A stretch of 64,000 nucleotides of DNA from a virus (IMGVR_UViG_2671180921_000012); one strand, 5' to 3'; counted from the first letter of the stretch, positions 10,895 through 20,483 are shown. The notes: a model not told the origin generated them from the sequence alone. A program made the numbers and translations.

Positions 10895-10990
10895 TATAAC
10901 CTCACCTGCCTTATAACTCATTTAGGGTACATATTTTCGCCTTTAAAAAAAAGAGGTTATTAGATCCAACTGTGTATTTATTAAACAAAT

Positions 10991-11007
10991 AATGCTCTAA
11001 TAAATTT
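10991..11007 (+). promoter_or_regulatory. C1 repressor operator (AATGCTCTAATAAATTT), immI control
   Basis: 16/17 match to P1 C1 operator consensus ATTGCTCTAATAAATTT, upstream of the c4-icd-ant region. Confidence 0.7.
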
Positions 11008-11045
11008 GTATTTTTAAGTCGCGAATGCTATCTTTTCGCATCATA

Positions 11046-11074
11046 TTGACCTTTTAATCGTTCAGGCTTATAGT
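11046..11074 (+). promoter_or_regulatory. Sigma70-type promoter for immI transcript (TTGACC-N17-TATAGT)
   Basis: Near-consensus -35/-10 with 17-bp spacer, downstream of the C1 operator. Confidence 0.5.
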
Positions 11075-11184
11075 TCCACCGTCGTAGCAAATTCTGCGAC
11101 CGGGTTTAGCAGCCTGAATGTTAGTGCGGACAACCGCAGATATCCGATATTGCGGTATTTTTGTGTCCGTAAAACCGCGTTACG

Positions 11185-11262
11185 CCCAAATTATGGTGGG
11201 GCGTGATGGGGAGGCTTCGGCCTGCTGGTTTCACTAACGCCAGTCTGCTAACCCCGTCACGT
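11185..11262 (+). ncRNA. c4: c4 antisense repressor RNA (boundaries approximate)
   Basis: Contains b' CACTAAC (11232-11238) and a' CTGCTAAC (11245-11252), complementary to a1/b1 (11104-11113, 11120-11126) and a2/b2 (11273-11282, 11304-11310); b2 overlaps the icd SD. Confidence 0.6.
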
Positions 11263-11321
11263 CCTGCCACCTGTTTAGCAGCGGGTAGCAGGTTGTTAAA
11301 CCTGTTAGTGAGGCCGTAACT

Positions 11322-11543
11322 ATGGTTAATGCCAATCCTTGCGCACGCCAAGAATTCATCTGGCGTTTCTATTCCTGTAAAAAACACCACTATCACTTCG
11401 TTATCGCAGCAACAGAAGACGAAGCACGCTCTCAATTGCCTGATGGCCCCTGCATTTTTACTGCCCGTTTTTCAACTAACTCGCGCAATTCACTTAGTTA
11501 CTGGAGCCTCCCCTTCTCTGCCGACGTTCAGGGGGGTTTATGA
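11322..11543 (+). CDS. icd: Icd, cell-division interference protein (73 aa), coupled to ant1
   Basis: 73-codon ORF with SD GAGG, overlapping ant1 start by 4 nt; c4 target b2 overlaps its RBS. Confidence 0.6.
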   Translation: MVNANPCARQEFIWRFYSCKKHHYHFVIAATEDEARSQLPDGPCIFTARFSTNSRNSLSYWSLPFSADVQGGL

Positions 11544-12574
11544 AAACACCTCTCGTCACCCGTAATGAAATAGCCGAAGCGATCGCCTTGCATACAATCT
11601 GTATGCCGACACGGGAGATCCCCGGCGCAATTGCCAACTATTTCATGATAACCAGACGTTTTTATACCCGAACAGATAAGGCTGTGATCAACAGGCTACT
11701 GATAGCCGAGATCAGGGATTATTTGATTGAACAAGGACGTCTACGTTACGCAACAGTGGCAGCAGAAATGAGAAAGGAGGCACATAGAATGACCGGTAAT
11801 AATTTAAATGTTGAAAAACCAGCACCTGTTGCTTCAGCTACGCCAGCACCAGCCCTGAATGTCATCCCCAACACCGGAGACACAATCGACAGCCAAACAT
11901 TGTTGAAGATGGTCAATGAGGCACGGAAATTATGTAGCGAAAAACCAGTTCGCAACAATGATTTCATTGCCAGAGTTAAGGATGAGCTTGAAGGAGAAAC
12001 CTACGAAATTTTCGTAGGTCAAAAAAACGGCGCAGAAATAGATATTATAACCATGACCTACAAACAAGCCCTGCGAGTTGCCGCGCGCGAGTCAAAAGCG
12101 GTCCGCCGTTCGCTGATCGACAAACTGGAAGAATTGCAGCAGGCAAACTCCCCTACCCCATCGATCCCCCAAACATTACCAGAAGCTCTACGCCTGGCTG
12201 CCGAGTTGGCAGAACAGAAAATGCAGCTGGAACAACAGCTGGTGGCCGCAGCCCCTAAAGTCGATTTTGCCGACCGGGTATCAGTGGCCAATGGAATCCT
12301 GATCGGGAACTTTGCAAAGGTCGTTGGACTTAAGCAAAACGCCCTTTTCTCATGGTTGCGCCAGAACGGCATTCTCATGGCTTTTGGTGCGCGCAAAAAC
12401 GTACCGCGCCAACAGTACATCAACGCCGGGTATTTCACGGTGAAAGAAGTGGTGCTGGATGATGAAAATGGCTACCAGATACGGCTGACGCCCCAATTAA
12501 CGGGTAAAGGCCAGCAGTGGTTAACTCGCAAGCTACTTGATGCTGGTTTGTTAAAACCAGTAGCAATAGGTTAA
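11540..12574 (+). CDS. ant1: Antirepressor Ant1 with C-terminal KilAC domain (344 aa; in-frame internal start for Ant2 near 11807)
   Basis: C-terminal 130 aa nearly identical to C-terminus of the downstream KilA-like protein (LPEALRLAAELAEQK...); immI synteny. Confidence 0.7.
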   Translation: MKTPLVTRNEIAEAIALHTICMPTREIPGAIANYFMITRRFYTRTDKAVINRLLIAEIRDYLIEQGRLRYATVAAEMRKEAHRMTGNNLNVEKPAPVASATPAPALNVIPNTGDTIDSQTLLKMVNEARKLCSEKPVRNNDFIARVKDELEGETYEIFVGQKNGAEIDIITMTYKQALRVAARESKAVRRSLIDKLEELQQANSPTPSIPQTLPEALRLAAELAEQKMQLEQQLVAAAPKVDFADRVSVANGILIGNFAKVVGLKQNALFSWLRQNGILMAFGARKNVPRQQYINAGYFTVKEVVLDDENGYQIRLTPQLTGKGQQWLTRKLLDAGLLKPVAIG

Positions 12575-12587
12575 CAAAAGAAAAAAA

Positions 12588-12610
12588 CCTGCCAGCAAAC
12601 TGGCAGGTTT
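12588..12610 (+). terminator. Rho-independent terminator after ant
   Basis: CCTGCCAG-CAAA-CTGGCAGG hairpin followed by TTT. Confidence 0.7.
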
Positions 12611-12652
12611 CTGAGCAGATCGTCCAACCCGATCTGGATCGAATCAGAAAAA

Positions 12653-12669
12653 TTTGCTCTAATAAATTT
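12653..12669 (+). promoter_or_regulatory. C1 operator upstream of kilA-repL (TTTGCTCTAATAAATTT)
   Basis: 16/17 match to C1 operator consensus. Confidence 0.7.
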
Positions 12670-12738
12670 CGTTTTCTAAGTGCAAAGAATCACCATTTCG
12701 AGCTGGTGATTGAAGGTTGATGCAAATTTGGAGAAAAA

Positions 12739-13539
12739 ATGCAACAAACATTCAATGCGGATATGAATATATCAAACCTTCATCAAAATGTCGATCCTTC
12801 AACCACTCTGCCCGTTATTTGTGGTGTTGAAATTACGACCGACCGCGCTGGCCGTTACAACCTTAATGCTCTACACAGAGCGAGCGGACTCGGTGCCCAT
12901 AAAGCGCCAGCTCAATGGCTAAGAACGCTGTCAGCCAAACAGCTCATCGAAGAGCTTGAAAAAGAAACTATGCAGAATTGCATAGTTTCGTTCGAAGGCC
13001 GTGGCGGCGGCACTTTTGCCCATGAATTGCTCGCAGTGGAGTACGCAGGCTGGATTTCTCCCGCGTTTCGGCTGAAGGTAAACCAGACATTTATCGACTA
13101 TCGAGCCGGAAGATTACAACCTGCTATTCCGAAGAGCCTCCCAGAAGCTCTCCGTTTGGCTGCTGACCTGGCAGAGCAAAAGCAACGGCTGGAGCAAAAA
13201 ATGCTGATGGATGCACCTAAAGTCGAATTCGCCGAACGCGTTGCTACCGCCAGCGGGGTTCTAATCGGCAACTATGCCAAAGTGCTCGGCCTGGGCCAAA
13301 ACTATCTCTTCACCTGGTTGCGTGATAACGGAATTCTGATCGCAACCGGTGAACGCAGGAACGTCCCCAAACAAGAATACATATCCCGTGGGTATTTCAC
13401 CCTTAAAGAAACCGTGATCGATACAAGCAATGGAAGCAGGATTTCTTTCACGACTCGTATAACCGGCAAAGGTCAGCAGTGGCTGATGAAGCGATTGCTT
13501 GATGCTGGTGTGCTGGTACCTGTCGCGGCAACGCGCTAA
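12739..13539 (+). CDS. kilA: KilA (KilA-N plus KilAC domains, 266 aa)
   Basis: 266 aa as in P1 KilA; KilAC C-terminus shared with Ant1; precedes repL. Confidence 0.7.
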   Translation: MQQTFNADMNISNLHQNVDPSTTLPVICGVEITTDRAGRYNLNALHRASGLGAHKAPAQWLRTLSAKQLIEELEKETMQNCIVSFEGRGGGTFAHELLAVEYAGWISPAFRLKVNQTFIDYRAGRLQPAIPKSLPEALRLAADLAEQKQRLEQKMLMDAPKVEFAERVATASGVLIGNYAKVLGLGQNYLFTWLRDNGILIATGERRNVPKQEYISRGYFTLKETVIDTSNGSRISFTTRITGKGQQWLMKRLLDAGVLVPVAATR

Positions 13540-13568
13540 CAGACGTAGTAAGAACCACCAGCATTGTA

Positions 13569-14414
13569 ATGCTGGCTAAAGTCACTTTCCTGAGCTGTAT
13601 AACGATGAGCGATTTTACTTTTTCTGGCTATGAATTGGCCTGCTTTGTAACACACTCCGGTCTATCCCGTAGCGCCGGGCATATCCTGTCGCAATGTGCA
13701 AATCTAGCGGCAACAACCAGTGAATACTTCATTCACAAGCCTCACCGCCTGATCGCGGCAGAAACTGGTTATAGCCAATCAACCGTCGTTCGTGCATTCC
13801 GTGAAGCTGTAAACAAAGGAATTCTGTCTGTAGAGATTGTTATCGGCGATCACCGTGAACGTCGCGCTAACCTGTACCGGTTTACACCATCCTTTTTGGC
13901 CTTCGCACAACAAGCCCAAAATGCGCTGATTGAAAGCAAATTAAAGATCTCTTCAGCGGCAACCAAGGTTAAAGCTGTTCTCGCTAAGACATTGGCTTTA
14001 TTTAATTTTTTATCCACACCCCCATGTCAAAATGATACCCCCTCCCCCTGTCAGGATGACGTGGCAATAAAGAATAAGAAGTCACAAGTTAAAAAAACAA
14101 AAAGATCAGTTTCCGGCGGTGCCGGAACGACCAGACTCAAAAAATTGACTTCATGGATCGCTGAGGCAAAAACAAAGGCTGACAATCTGCGGTTATCCAA
14201 AAAACGCGCTCAAAAACATGAGTTCAAGCAGAAAGTAGAGGCGGCTGCGCGGAAATATGCTTACCTGAAGAACAAGCGTTCTCCTGATATTGGCGGGGTA
14301 TCAAACTTCGATAATCTGCCGCATTGCATGACGGTAAACGAAGCTCTTAATGCGGTTTTAGCCAAAAATAAAGATAACGAACAATGGGGTATACCGGCAG
14401 GATTCAGAGGGTGA
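13569..14414 (+). CDS. repL: Lytic replication initiator RepL (281 aa)
   Basis: 281 aa and position after kilA match P1 RepL; sequence not independently verified. Confidence 0.55.
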   Translation: MLAKVTFLSCITMSDFTFSGYELACFVTHSGLSRSAGHILSQCANLAATTSEYFIHKPHRLIAAETGYSQSTVVRAFREAVNKGILSVEIVIGDHRERRANLYRFTPSFLAFAQQAQNALIESKLKISSAATKVKAVLAKTLALFNFLSTPPCQNDTPSPCQDDVAIKNKKSQVKKTKRSVSGGAGTTRLKKLTSWIAEAKTKADNLRLSKKRAQKHEFKQKVEAAARKYAYLKNKRSPDIGGVSNFDNLPHCMTVNEALNAVLAKNKDNEQWGIPAGFRG

Positions 14415-14465
14415 TAGATTGCTCTAATCTGGAGTCACCTGGCGTTTTCAGTTTGAGGTCGGAGA

Positions 14466-14710
14466 TGCAATCTGATTTTTTACAGTTAGCGATCGCTTTT
14501 GCAGGATATGTTTGTATTGGCTTCTGTGTATACATGATCAGCCGAAAAATGCTTGTCGATATCGACCGCAAAGAACAAGCAGAGGAGATCTTAGTATGGA
14601 TTTTCTTTGGCGCGGTCTGGCCATTAGGGATCATGTTTGCTGCAACATTTCTTCTGATGTGGATATTCACCCTTCCTGGTGATTTCTATAGAAAAAAAGC
14701 CAGACATTGA
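14466..14710 (+). CDS. Small two-TM membrane protein (81 aa)
   Basis: Two hydrophobic helices (LAIAFAGYVCIGFCVYMI; WIFFGAVWPLGIMFAATFLLMWIF). Confidence 0.35.
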
Positions 14711-14779
14711 TACAATCGTTGCGGGTGCTTGAGGCTATCTGCTTCAGGCATTACCCGAAAAGCAGATAGAAGAAAGCCC

Positions 14780-14845
14780 CAGATAACATCACGCGTCCTG
14801 CAAGACGCTTAACATTAATCTGAGGCCATATCTATGCTTAGCATA
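14780..14845 (-). ncRNA. sok: Sok-like antisense RNA (approximate)
   Basis: Minus-strand promoter TTGACC (14878-14873) N17 CTAATC (14855-14850); transcript would be antisense to the mok start/RBS region. Confidence 0.4.
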
Positions 14846-15040
14846 CGTAGATTAGCCTCTTACCGACCAAAAGGTCAAGGAGAAGCAGGCTATGAAGCAG
14901 CAAAAAGCGATGTTAATCGCTCTGATCGTCATCTGTTTAACCGTCATTGTGACGGCACTGGTAACGAGGAAAGACCTCTGCGAGGTACGAATCCGAACCG
15001 GCCAGACGGAGGTCACTGTCTTCACAGCCTACGAATCTGA
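14834..15040 (+). CDS. mok: Mok-like overlapping reading frame (68 aa)
   Basis: ORF in alternate frame almost fully overlapping hok, as in hok/mok/sok loci. Confidence 0.55.
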   Translation: MLSIRRLASYRPKGQGEAGYEAAKSDVNRSDRHLFNRHCDGTGNEERPLRGTNPNRPDGGHCLHSLRI

Positions 15041-15047
15041 AAGGTAA
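14892..15047 (+). CDS. hok: Hok/Gef-family type I toxin (51 aa)
   Basis: MKQQKAMLIALIVICLTVIVTALVTRKDLCEVRIRTGQTEVTVFTAYESER, near-identical to Hok/Gef family; SD AAGGAG 6 nt upstream; below ORF-track size cutoff. Confidence 0.85.
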   Translation: MKQQKAMLIALIVICLTVIVTALVTRKDLCEVRIRTGQTEVTVFTAYESER

Positions 15048-15121
15048 GAGACCTGGCGGGGAGAGATCTCCGCCACTCTTCGTGTGTCAGGTATCCTCAA
15101 TGCACCCTTTCCTCTCCAAAT

Positions 15122-15144
15122 AAAAAAGCTCCCGAAGGAGCTTT
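15122..15144 (-). terminator. Rho-independent terminator ending the head/sheath operon
   Basis: AGCTCC-CGAA-GGAGCT hairpin followed on the minus strand by TTTTTT. Confidence 0.65.
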
Positions 15145-15163
15145 AAAATAAAAGGGATGACTC

Positions 15164-15673
15164 TTAATCCCACTCAATCCAGTTGTAGACGATACGAAGT
15201 GACGGGCGCACAGCGGCAGTCACATCTTCGGTACTAAAGTCGATTGCATCACTGTAGATTTTGCAGTCCAACATTTCAATTGTTGTAGCAGCTTTTGTCA
15301 CAGCGTTAACCCCGGAAGATTTGGATTCAGGGGTAGCAGCCATCGTGATATCAACATAGTCCTTCGCCGCAATGCGATCCTTGATGAACTGAAGAATATC
15401 GCCTTCGATAGTCTCCACGCACTGGACCTGGATTTCCCCAGAGTTTCGAATTGGTCCGTGCTGGTTGAACTTCACACCATTCGGACCATAGTCCTCCACA
15501 TCCTCGCGGGTCATTTCAGGAATTTGCGACGTGCGAACCAGTACGCTGATATCTTCATGGCCTGCAAAAGTGAGCTGGAATTCAGAAGATACCAGTCGTT
15601 CGCCTTTGGCCGCGTTGGCAGTATAGCGGCCCTTAATAAATTTACGGTTTCCCTTAGTGTTATTGTGCCCCAT
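15164..15673 (-). CDS. Virion structural protein (169 aa)
   Basis: Last gene of the minus-strand late operon downstream of the sheath gene. Confidence 0.4.
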   Translation of the reverse strand: MGHNNTKGNRKFIKGRYTANAAKGERLVSSEFQLTFAGHEDISVLVRTSQIPEMTREDVEDYGPNGVKFNQHGPIRNSGEIQVQCVETIEGDILQFIKDRIAAKDYVDITMAATPESKSSGVNAVTKAATTIEMLDCKIYSDAIDFSTEDVTAAVRPSLRIVYNWIEWD

Positions 15674-15684
15674 ATAAAATCCTT

Positions 15685-16266
15685 TTACTGGAACGCCCGA
15701 ACAATATCGGAGCTGTTATATATCGAAGAACCGGTCAACTGGAGGTTGACGGTGTTTTTCAGGAAATGCCCATTGCTGTCCCTGGGCGCATCGAGATCGA
15801 AACTTATGTCCTGGATAGCGACATCAATGATGTTGATCCGGCGACCAATGTTTAGCGTCACGCGCTCCGGGATTCGACCACCAATACTGGCATCTTTAAG
15901 TTCCGGGCTAATCATCGCTGACAATGCGGCGATAGCTCCTGAAACCTCCGTGAATGGGTCAAACAAAGCGATGAAAGTTACTGGCAGCGTGAAAGTCGGC
16001 GGTGTTCCCCCTTCCCAAACCATTAAGCTGTTCCAACGGGCAACCGACGTTGTTTCAGTACCAACCTGCGCAAAACCACTGAAGGCACCAGCAACAGATC
16101 CCATGGACATACCGGTAAACGGCGCTTCCCAATTCTGGGCCATGTTCATTGCCGCCCCCTGGCTGATATATCCGGTAACCTGGTACTGAGAGTTCGTTAA
16201 AGTAACTTTCAGAAATGGCGATACACCGTCAGCCTGGCTGTAAACCCCATAAGGAATAGGTGCCAT
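15685..16266 (-). CDS. Virion structural protein, possible tail tube/baseplate component (193 aa)
   Basis: Operon context only. Confidence 0.35.
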   Translation of the reverse strand: MAPIPYGVYSQADGVSPFLKVTLTNSQYQVTGYISQGAAMNMAQNWEAPFTGMSMGSVAGAFSGFAQVGTETTSVARWNSLMVWEGGTPPTFTLPVTFIALFDPFTEVSGAIAALSAMISPELKDASIGGRIPERVTLNIGRRINIIDVAIQDISFDLDAPRDSNGHFLKNTVNLQLTGSSIYNSSDIVRAFQ

Positions 16267-16301
16267 TCAAGTTAAAGGCCGGAGTTCTCCGGCCTCCTCC
16301 T

Positions 16302-17117
16302 TTAGCCAAGGCGCTTACGGCGCAGTTTCATTGACTTTTTGCGGGCAAGTTTTGCCGCGCCGGTCTGGGCTTTTCGACGCGCTTTTTTCAGCGCCGATTT
16401 TTGAGCCGCAGTCAGACGTTTTTTACGCAGGCGTTTACGGATGAGTTTGATCTCACCGTTACGAACAACCTTCTTAAATGCTTCAGTCAGCATTTCATCA
16501 GAAGTGCCAGCAACAACAAACGCCGCTTCCAGTTCGTCGCGGTCGTCGCTATCTAAACCAGCGATAGAGGCACCAACATCAGCAGCTGCGTCGTCGTCTT
16601 CATCGTCAGCCAGTGCTTCGATCAGGTCATCATCTACACCGCATGCTGCGAGGAAGTCAGCAACATTTGCCCATGCTTCGTTATAGGCATCGTCCTGTTC
16701 TTCTGTAACTTCGGAGTCGTCGTCATCAGAGATACCAGCGATAGCCTGAACGAAACCATCAAGGGAGTCGAAAGTCAGATCACCGCTATCAGCCCAGGCG
16801 AAAACGGCGTCGGCCGCATCACTCAACGCATTTTGCATAGCACTTCGATTTGCAGCTTCCAGAATCATCTGGTGCGCCTGTTCGACGGTCCATTCTTTAC
16901 CGTCTTTCCCTTCCAGGATTTGCTCAGGAGCCGGGGCAGATGGAACGTTATCGTTAGTCTGTGCCGCCGGTTCCGGATTATTATTAATAACCGGATCTGT
17001 TGGCGGTTCGGCGCTTGCTCGGGCAGACTCCATCAGCTGCACAGGATCAGAGTTCAAAGCGAAACGAGACAGTCCATTCCCCAAAAATGCCCCGGATTGA
17101 AAAAAGTTTTTGCTCAT
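16302..17117 (-). CDS. Highly acidic protein with strongly basic C-terminal tail (271 aa)
   Basis: Asp/Glu-rich body (DDDSEVTEEQDD..., ADDEDDDAAAD) and C-terminus KLIRKRLRKKRL...KLRRKRLG. Confidence 0.45.
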   Translation of the reverse strand: MSKNFFQSGAFLGNGLSRFALNSDPVQLMESARASAEPPTDPVINNNPEPAAQTNDNVPSAPAPEQILEGKDGKEWTVEQAHQMILEAANRSAMQNALSDAADAVFAWADSGDLTFDSLDGFVQAIAGISDDDDSEVTEEQDDAYNEAWANVADFLAACGVDDDLIEALADDEDDDAAADVGASIAGLDSDDRDELEAAFVVAGTSDEMLTEAFKKVVRNGEIKLIRKRLRKKRLTAAQKSALKKARRKAQTGAAKLARKKSMKLRRKRLG

Positions 17118-17126
17118 TGTATTCCC

Positions 17127-18716
17127 TTACTTAATAAGCAGCGGTACGCCCTGGATACGACGGGCTACGCCAGTCGGGCAGCAGGCCCAGACTACTTCCC
17201 ATTTATCGAATTCCGCCTGCGTAACTTTCAGCACATACGGTTCTGTACCGTCAGCATCAGGATCACGAGGAGCCACCAGAGCGCCGGAGGCGACAAAGCG
17301 ATCTAAAAGTTTGGTCATCCCTTTAGTCAGGCCAGCCGCAGTAATACCGTCCGGGCTATGCTTCATCTGTCGGGCTAACTGGACAAAGAAACGGCTGATT
17401 GCATTCATCAGGGATGGGACGTGCTGGAAGTGCAGATAGTTATCCTGCGTGCAGCAAGTTAAAGCATCGTCGATGATCATCTGGCCAGAGGTGCCAACAG
17501 ATACTTTATTGAGACGGCCCTTGACCATTGCTTCTTCGTCCGGGGTATCTTCCGGATACAGCGGTTGAATTGACGCACGAGCAATGACGGCACGTTCTTC
17601 ACCAGCCGGTGAGTAATGCCAACCGCCGACATCAGAGTTTTTCTTGACGCCACGAGCTTTCGCCGCATACGCCACGCCAGACAGACCAAAGACCACACGG
17701 GATTGGGTCCATTTGTCTTTGCAGGAGAACGGGTAGTGATAGACAGCACAGCTTACATAATCGGTACCAAGTAAACCGGTATCTTCAACAGCAGAGATCG
17801 CTTCCGTGTACGTCAATGTCGGTTTGACATCAAAGAAGCCATCAATCAGGCGATCTGCACAGATTTTACCTAATGCGGTGATAGCCGCATTGTCATAGCA
17901 GCCCAAGCCAAGAACAGCGGTGTACATGTACGGCGCATTATTCAGCACTTTAACCGCACGCAGGTACGCAGCGGTTGAGATTTTCGACTGATCGCCGTTG
18001 GTACCGCCAGTGAACGCCAACGATTTTTTGTTTGTTACTTTCGCTGTCGAAATCAGCTCTTCATTAACAACCGCGCGCAGATATTTAGAACGGGCTTCCA
18101 GAGCCGTAGGCAGATAACACAAGCGGCCCATGTCATCTTTCGCTTCTTCCGCCAAAGACACAGTGTGTGTCTCCAGGGTCGTTACCACGCCGAGCGAAGT
18201 CGTCTGGGTCAGTTTTAAGAGGAAGCGTTCATTACCCGCGCTGTCCGCTGTTGCCGTTTCGATGGTTAACTCACGGGTAGGTGAAATACACGGATCACCA
18301 TCATCAACGTAGATAGCAAAGGCTTCGCCACTATCAAGTTCAATTTCAGAACCGTATGGCAACGCACTGTAAGCCGGTTCGCCTGATTCATCGAACATAA
18401 TAATCGGGAACTTCGCATCATCCGGAACAGCGCGAACAACATAACCAGACGTTTGCTGAATAGCTTCGTATACATGGCGAATTGGTTCGAACTGTGAGCC
18501 GGAAGACGGCTTCAGCGGTTCGCCGAGAACATCTTCGTAATTGGACTCAGTAACCGCAAGAACAGTAAACGGCTTGCCACGCGCAAATACGCCAATACCA
18601 GCCCACAAGCTGCTATTTAATGCAACACCGGTAGATAACGTCGCATCAGCATTGATCGGGCTAACCGCGACGCCGGATGCATTACCTAATGACTGTTGAA
18701 TTGAATATTGAGACAT
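17127..18716 (-). CDS. Tail sheath protein candidate (529 aa, P1 gene 22-like)
   Basis: Size and position immediately downstream of the major head gene; strong SD. Confidence 0.5.
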   Translation of the reverse strand: MSQYSIQQSLGNASGVAVSPINADATLSTGVALNSSLWAGIGVFARGKPFTVLAVTESNYEDVLGEPLKPSSGSQFEPIRHVYEAIQQTSGYVVRAVPDDAKFPIIMFDESGEPAYSALPYGSEIELDSGEAFAIYVDDGDPCISPTRELTIETATADSAGNERFLLKLTQTTSLGVVTTLETHTVSLAEEAKDDMGRLCYLPTALEARSKYLRAVVNEELISTAKVTNKKSLAFTGGTNGDQSKISTAAYLRAVKVLNNAPYMYTAVLGLGCYDNAAITALGKICADRLIDGFFDVKPTLTYTEAISAVEDTGLLGTDYVSCAVYHYPFSCKDKWTQSRVVFGLSGVAYAAKARGVKKNSDVGGWHYSPAGEERAVIARASIQPLYPEDTPDEEAMVKGRLNKVSVGTSGQMIIDDALTCCTQDNYLHFQHVPSLMNAISRFFVQLARQMKHSPDGITAAGLTKGMTKLLDRFVASGALVAPRDPDADGTEPYVLKVTQAEFDKWEVVWACCPTGVARRIQGVPLLIK

Positions 18717-18776
18717 AACTTTCCCTGTTATGCGCCCCGCACGGGGGCGCTATGTTAAACGGAGAACTTCCCCTGA

Positions 18777-20483
18777 TTACTCAGAGTCACCGGCATCAAT
18801 CGTGTCGCCGCTAATGAAGTTAAGCCCGCCTTTTTTGGCCATTGTCAGCGTTACACGAGTGAAGTAATCAGCGCCGTTGCGTGGGTGCATATCGTTGATA
18901 GCCGAACCCCACAGCGTGGTACGGTTGACCAGCGCCGGAGTGGTCGGATGCTGGAACGGGATGGCCGGGACAGCATCACCAGTCACGAAGCCTGCTTTAC
19001 CCGGATTTTCATCACGGACGTAGCACAGCACATCCATCGAGCTGAACTGAATGTTCTCTGTCGTTAAGTTCTTACAAATACCAGCAGGTACTTCGTACAC
19101 TTTCACGTTACCGAACAGGGTACCGATGTAGTGAACATACGGAGTCTGGATATAGTCTTCGGCTGGCTGGAAGAAATCCTTCGGCAACTGTTTGAAGAAA
19201 GATGCTGCATCAGCACCAGCAAACATCCCCATCGCACCAGAAGATTTAACGCGCTCAATAATGTCGCGATATACAGTCTGGAATTTGCCACGAATGATGG
19301 TTGCCCATACATCAAAGGACTGGTTAACCGGCAGAGCGATGTCAAAGGTGTCGGTCGCAAGAGTACGCCAGATCATGATGCGAAGACGCAGCATATCCTG
19401 TTCATGAGACAGGTATTCCTTCAGGGTGCGGAACTGTAGGGAACCCAGGTCCAGACCAAATTCACGCTGTGCTTCATACGCCGCCTGTACCGTGTGCTCA
19501 GCCGCGATAACGAACTGGCTTGGGAACAGGGTGTATTTCTTCATTTCGTGGTTGATCAGCGGGATCAGCTCAGGAGCGGCTTCAATATTGATTTCCGTCT
19601 CAATTGCGATCTCAGTGCCTTTATCCGGCGCTTTGGAGAACGACAGGGCAATCTGACCAATGTTGTAGTTCAGAGAGCAGGTAACAGTGATTTGCTCACC
19701 AGCAGCATTAGTAAACGAGTGAAGTAGGCTGCCGGAACCGTTATCAACAACAGACTTAATACGGTTAACGTAGATATTAGTGCGACCTTTTCGGATTGGT
19801 ACATTCTGGCCTTCGAAGTCTTCCATCTTGAAGGTTGCGGTTTTGCTGGTGCCATCGGAGCTTGCCACCAGCACATAGCGGCGGCGTAACTGGCTGTACA
19901 CACCGACGGATTGCATGTCCAGAACATCACCAGCAGCATAAGAACCAAAAGAGGAACCTGCCACGTTAAAGACTTCATAGATGTCGGACTGGTCACGCGT
20001 AACCGGAATGAAGGTACACGCATCAGCGGTAGCTGCCCCCAACTGAACAGGCAGGATCATCGCGAGGAATAAAGGCAGACGCATAACACCGTCAGAAACG
20101 CTCATCATCTCTGCTGCGACGGATTCCAGCATCGCTTTATTAGTGGCATCCATGCTATTGCGGGTGGACTCAATCAGGCAGTTTTCCAGCGTCTGGTGGC
20201 AGGAGGCCAGAATTTCCGGACGCGGCATAGATTTATGTGCTGCGGCGTAGTCAGCCAGTGCACTTGCCCACGCTGTAGCGATTTGAGCGGTGGCATTATC
20301 AGAGATACCCGCAAAAACCGGGTCTTTACGTGCAGCTTCAAGGATAGATGCGGCACGCGCGGCATCATCTTTAATGAATTGGTTATCAGTACCGAACTGC
20401 GCAGTGCTTGCCCAGCCAAGCACAGCTTTAGAGCGTTTTGCGATATCTGCAATACGATTCTGGTATTCGCGTAAGTTACTCAA
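18777..20483 (-). CDS. Major head protein precursor candidate (P1 gene 23-like; ORF track 18777..20504 begins at an upstream TTG)
   Basis: 568 aa from TTG at 20483 preceded by AAGGAAG; first gene after a candidate late promoter. Confidence 0.5.
   Translation of the reverse strand: MSNLREYQNRIADIAKRSKAVLGWASTAQFGTDNQFIKDDAARAASILEAARKDPVFAGISDNATAQIATAWASALADYAAAHKSMPRPEILASCHQTLENCLIESTRNSMDATNKAMLESVAAEMMSVSDGVMRLPLFLAMILPVQLGAATADACTFIPVTRDQSDIYEVFNVAGSSFGSYAAGDVLDMQSVGVYSQLRRRYVLVASSDGTSKTATFKMEDFEGQNVPIRKGRTNIYVNRIKSVVDNGSGSLLHSFTNAAGEQITVTCSLNYNIGQIALSFSKAPDKGTEIAIETEINIEAAPELIPLINHEMKKYTLFPSQFVIAAEHTVQAAYEAQREFGLDLGSLQFRTLKEYLSHEQDMLRLRIMIWRTLATDTFDIALPVNQSFDVWATIIRGKFQTVYRDIIERVKSSGAMGMFAGADAASFFKQLPKDFFQPAEDYIQTPYVHYIGTLFGNVKVYEVPAGICKNLTTENIQFSSMDVLCYVRDENPGKAGFVTGDAVPAIPFQHPTTPALVNRTTLWGSAINDMHPRNGADYFTRVTLTMAKKGGLNFISGDTIDAGDSE

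Noticed and set aside
11121-11435. 104-aa minus-strand ORF across the c4 region
   Set aside because: Antisense to the c4 RNA and the icd start; Cys/Phe-rich nonsense-like translation; no RBS
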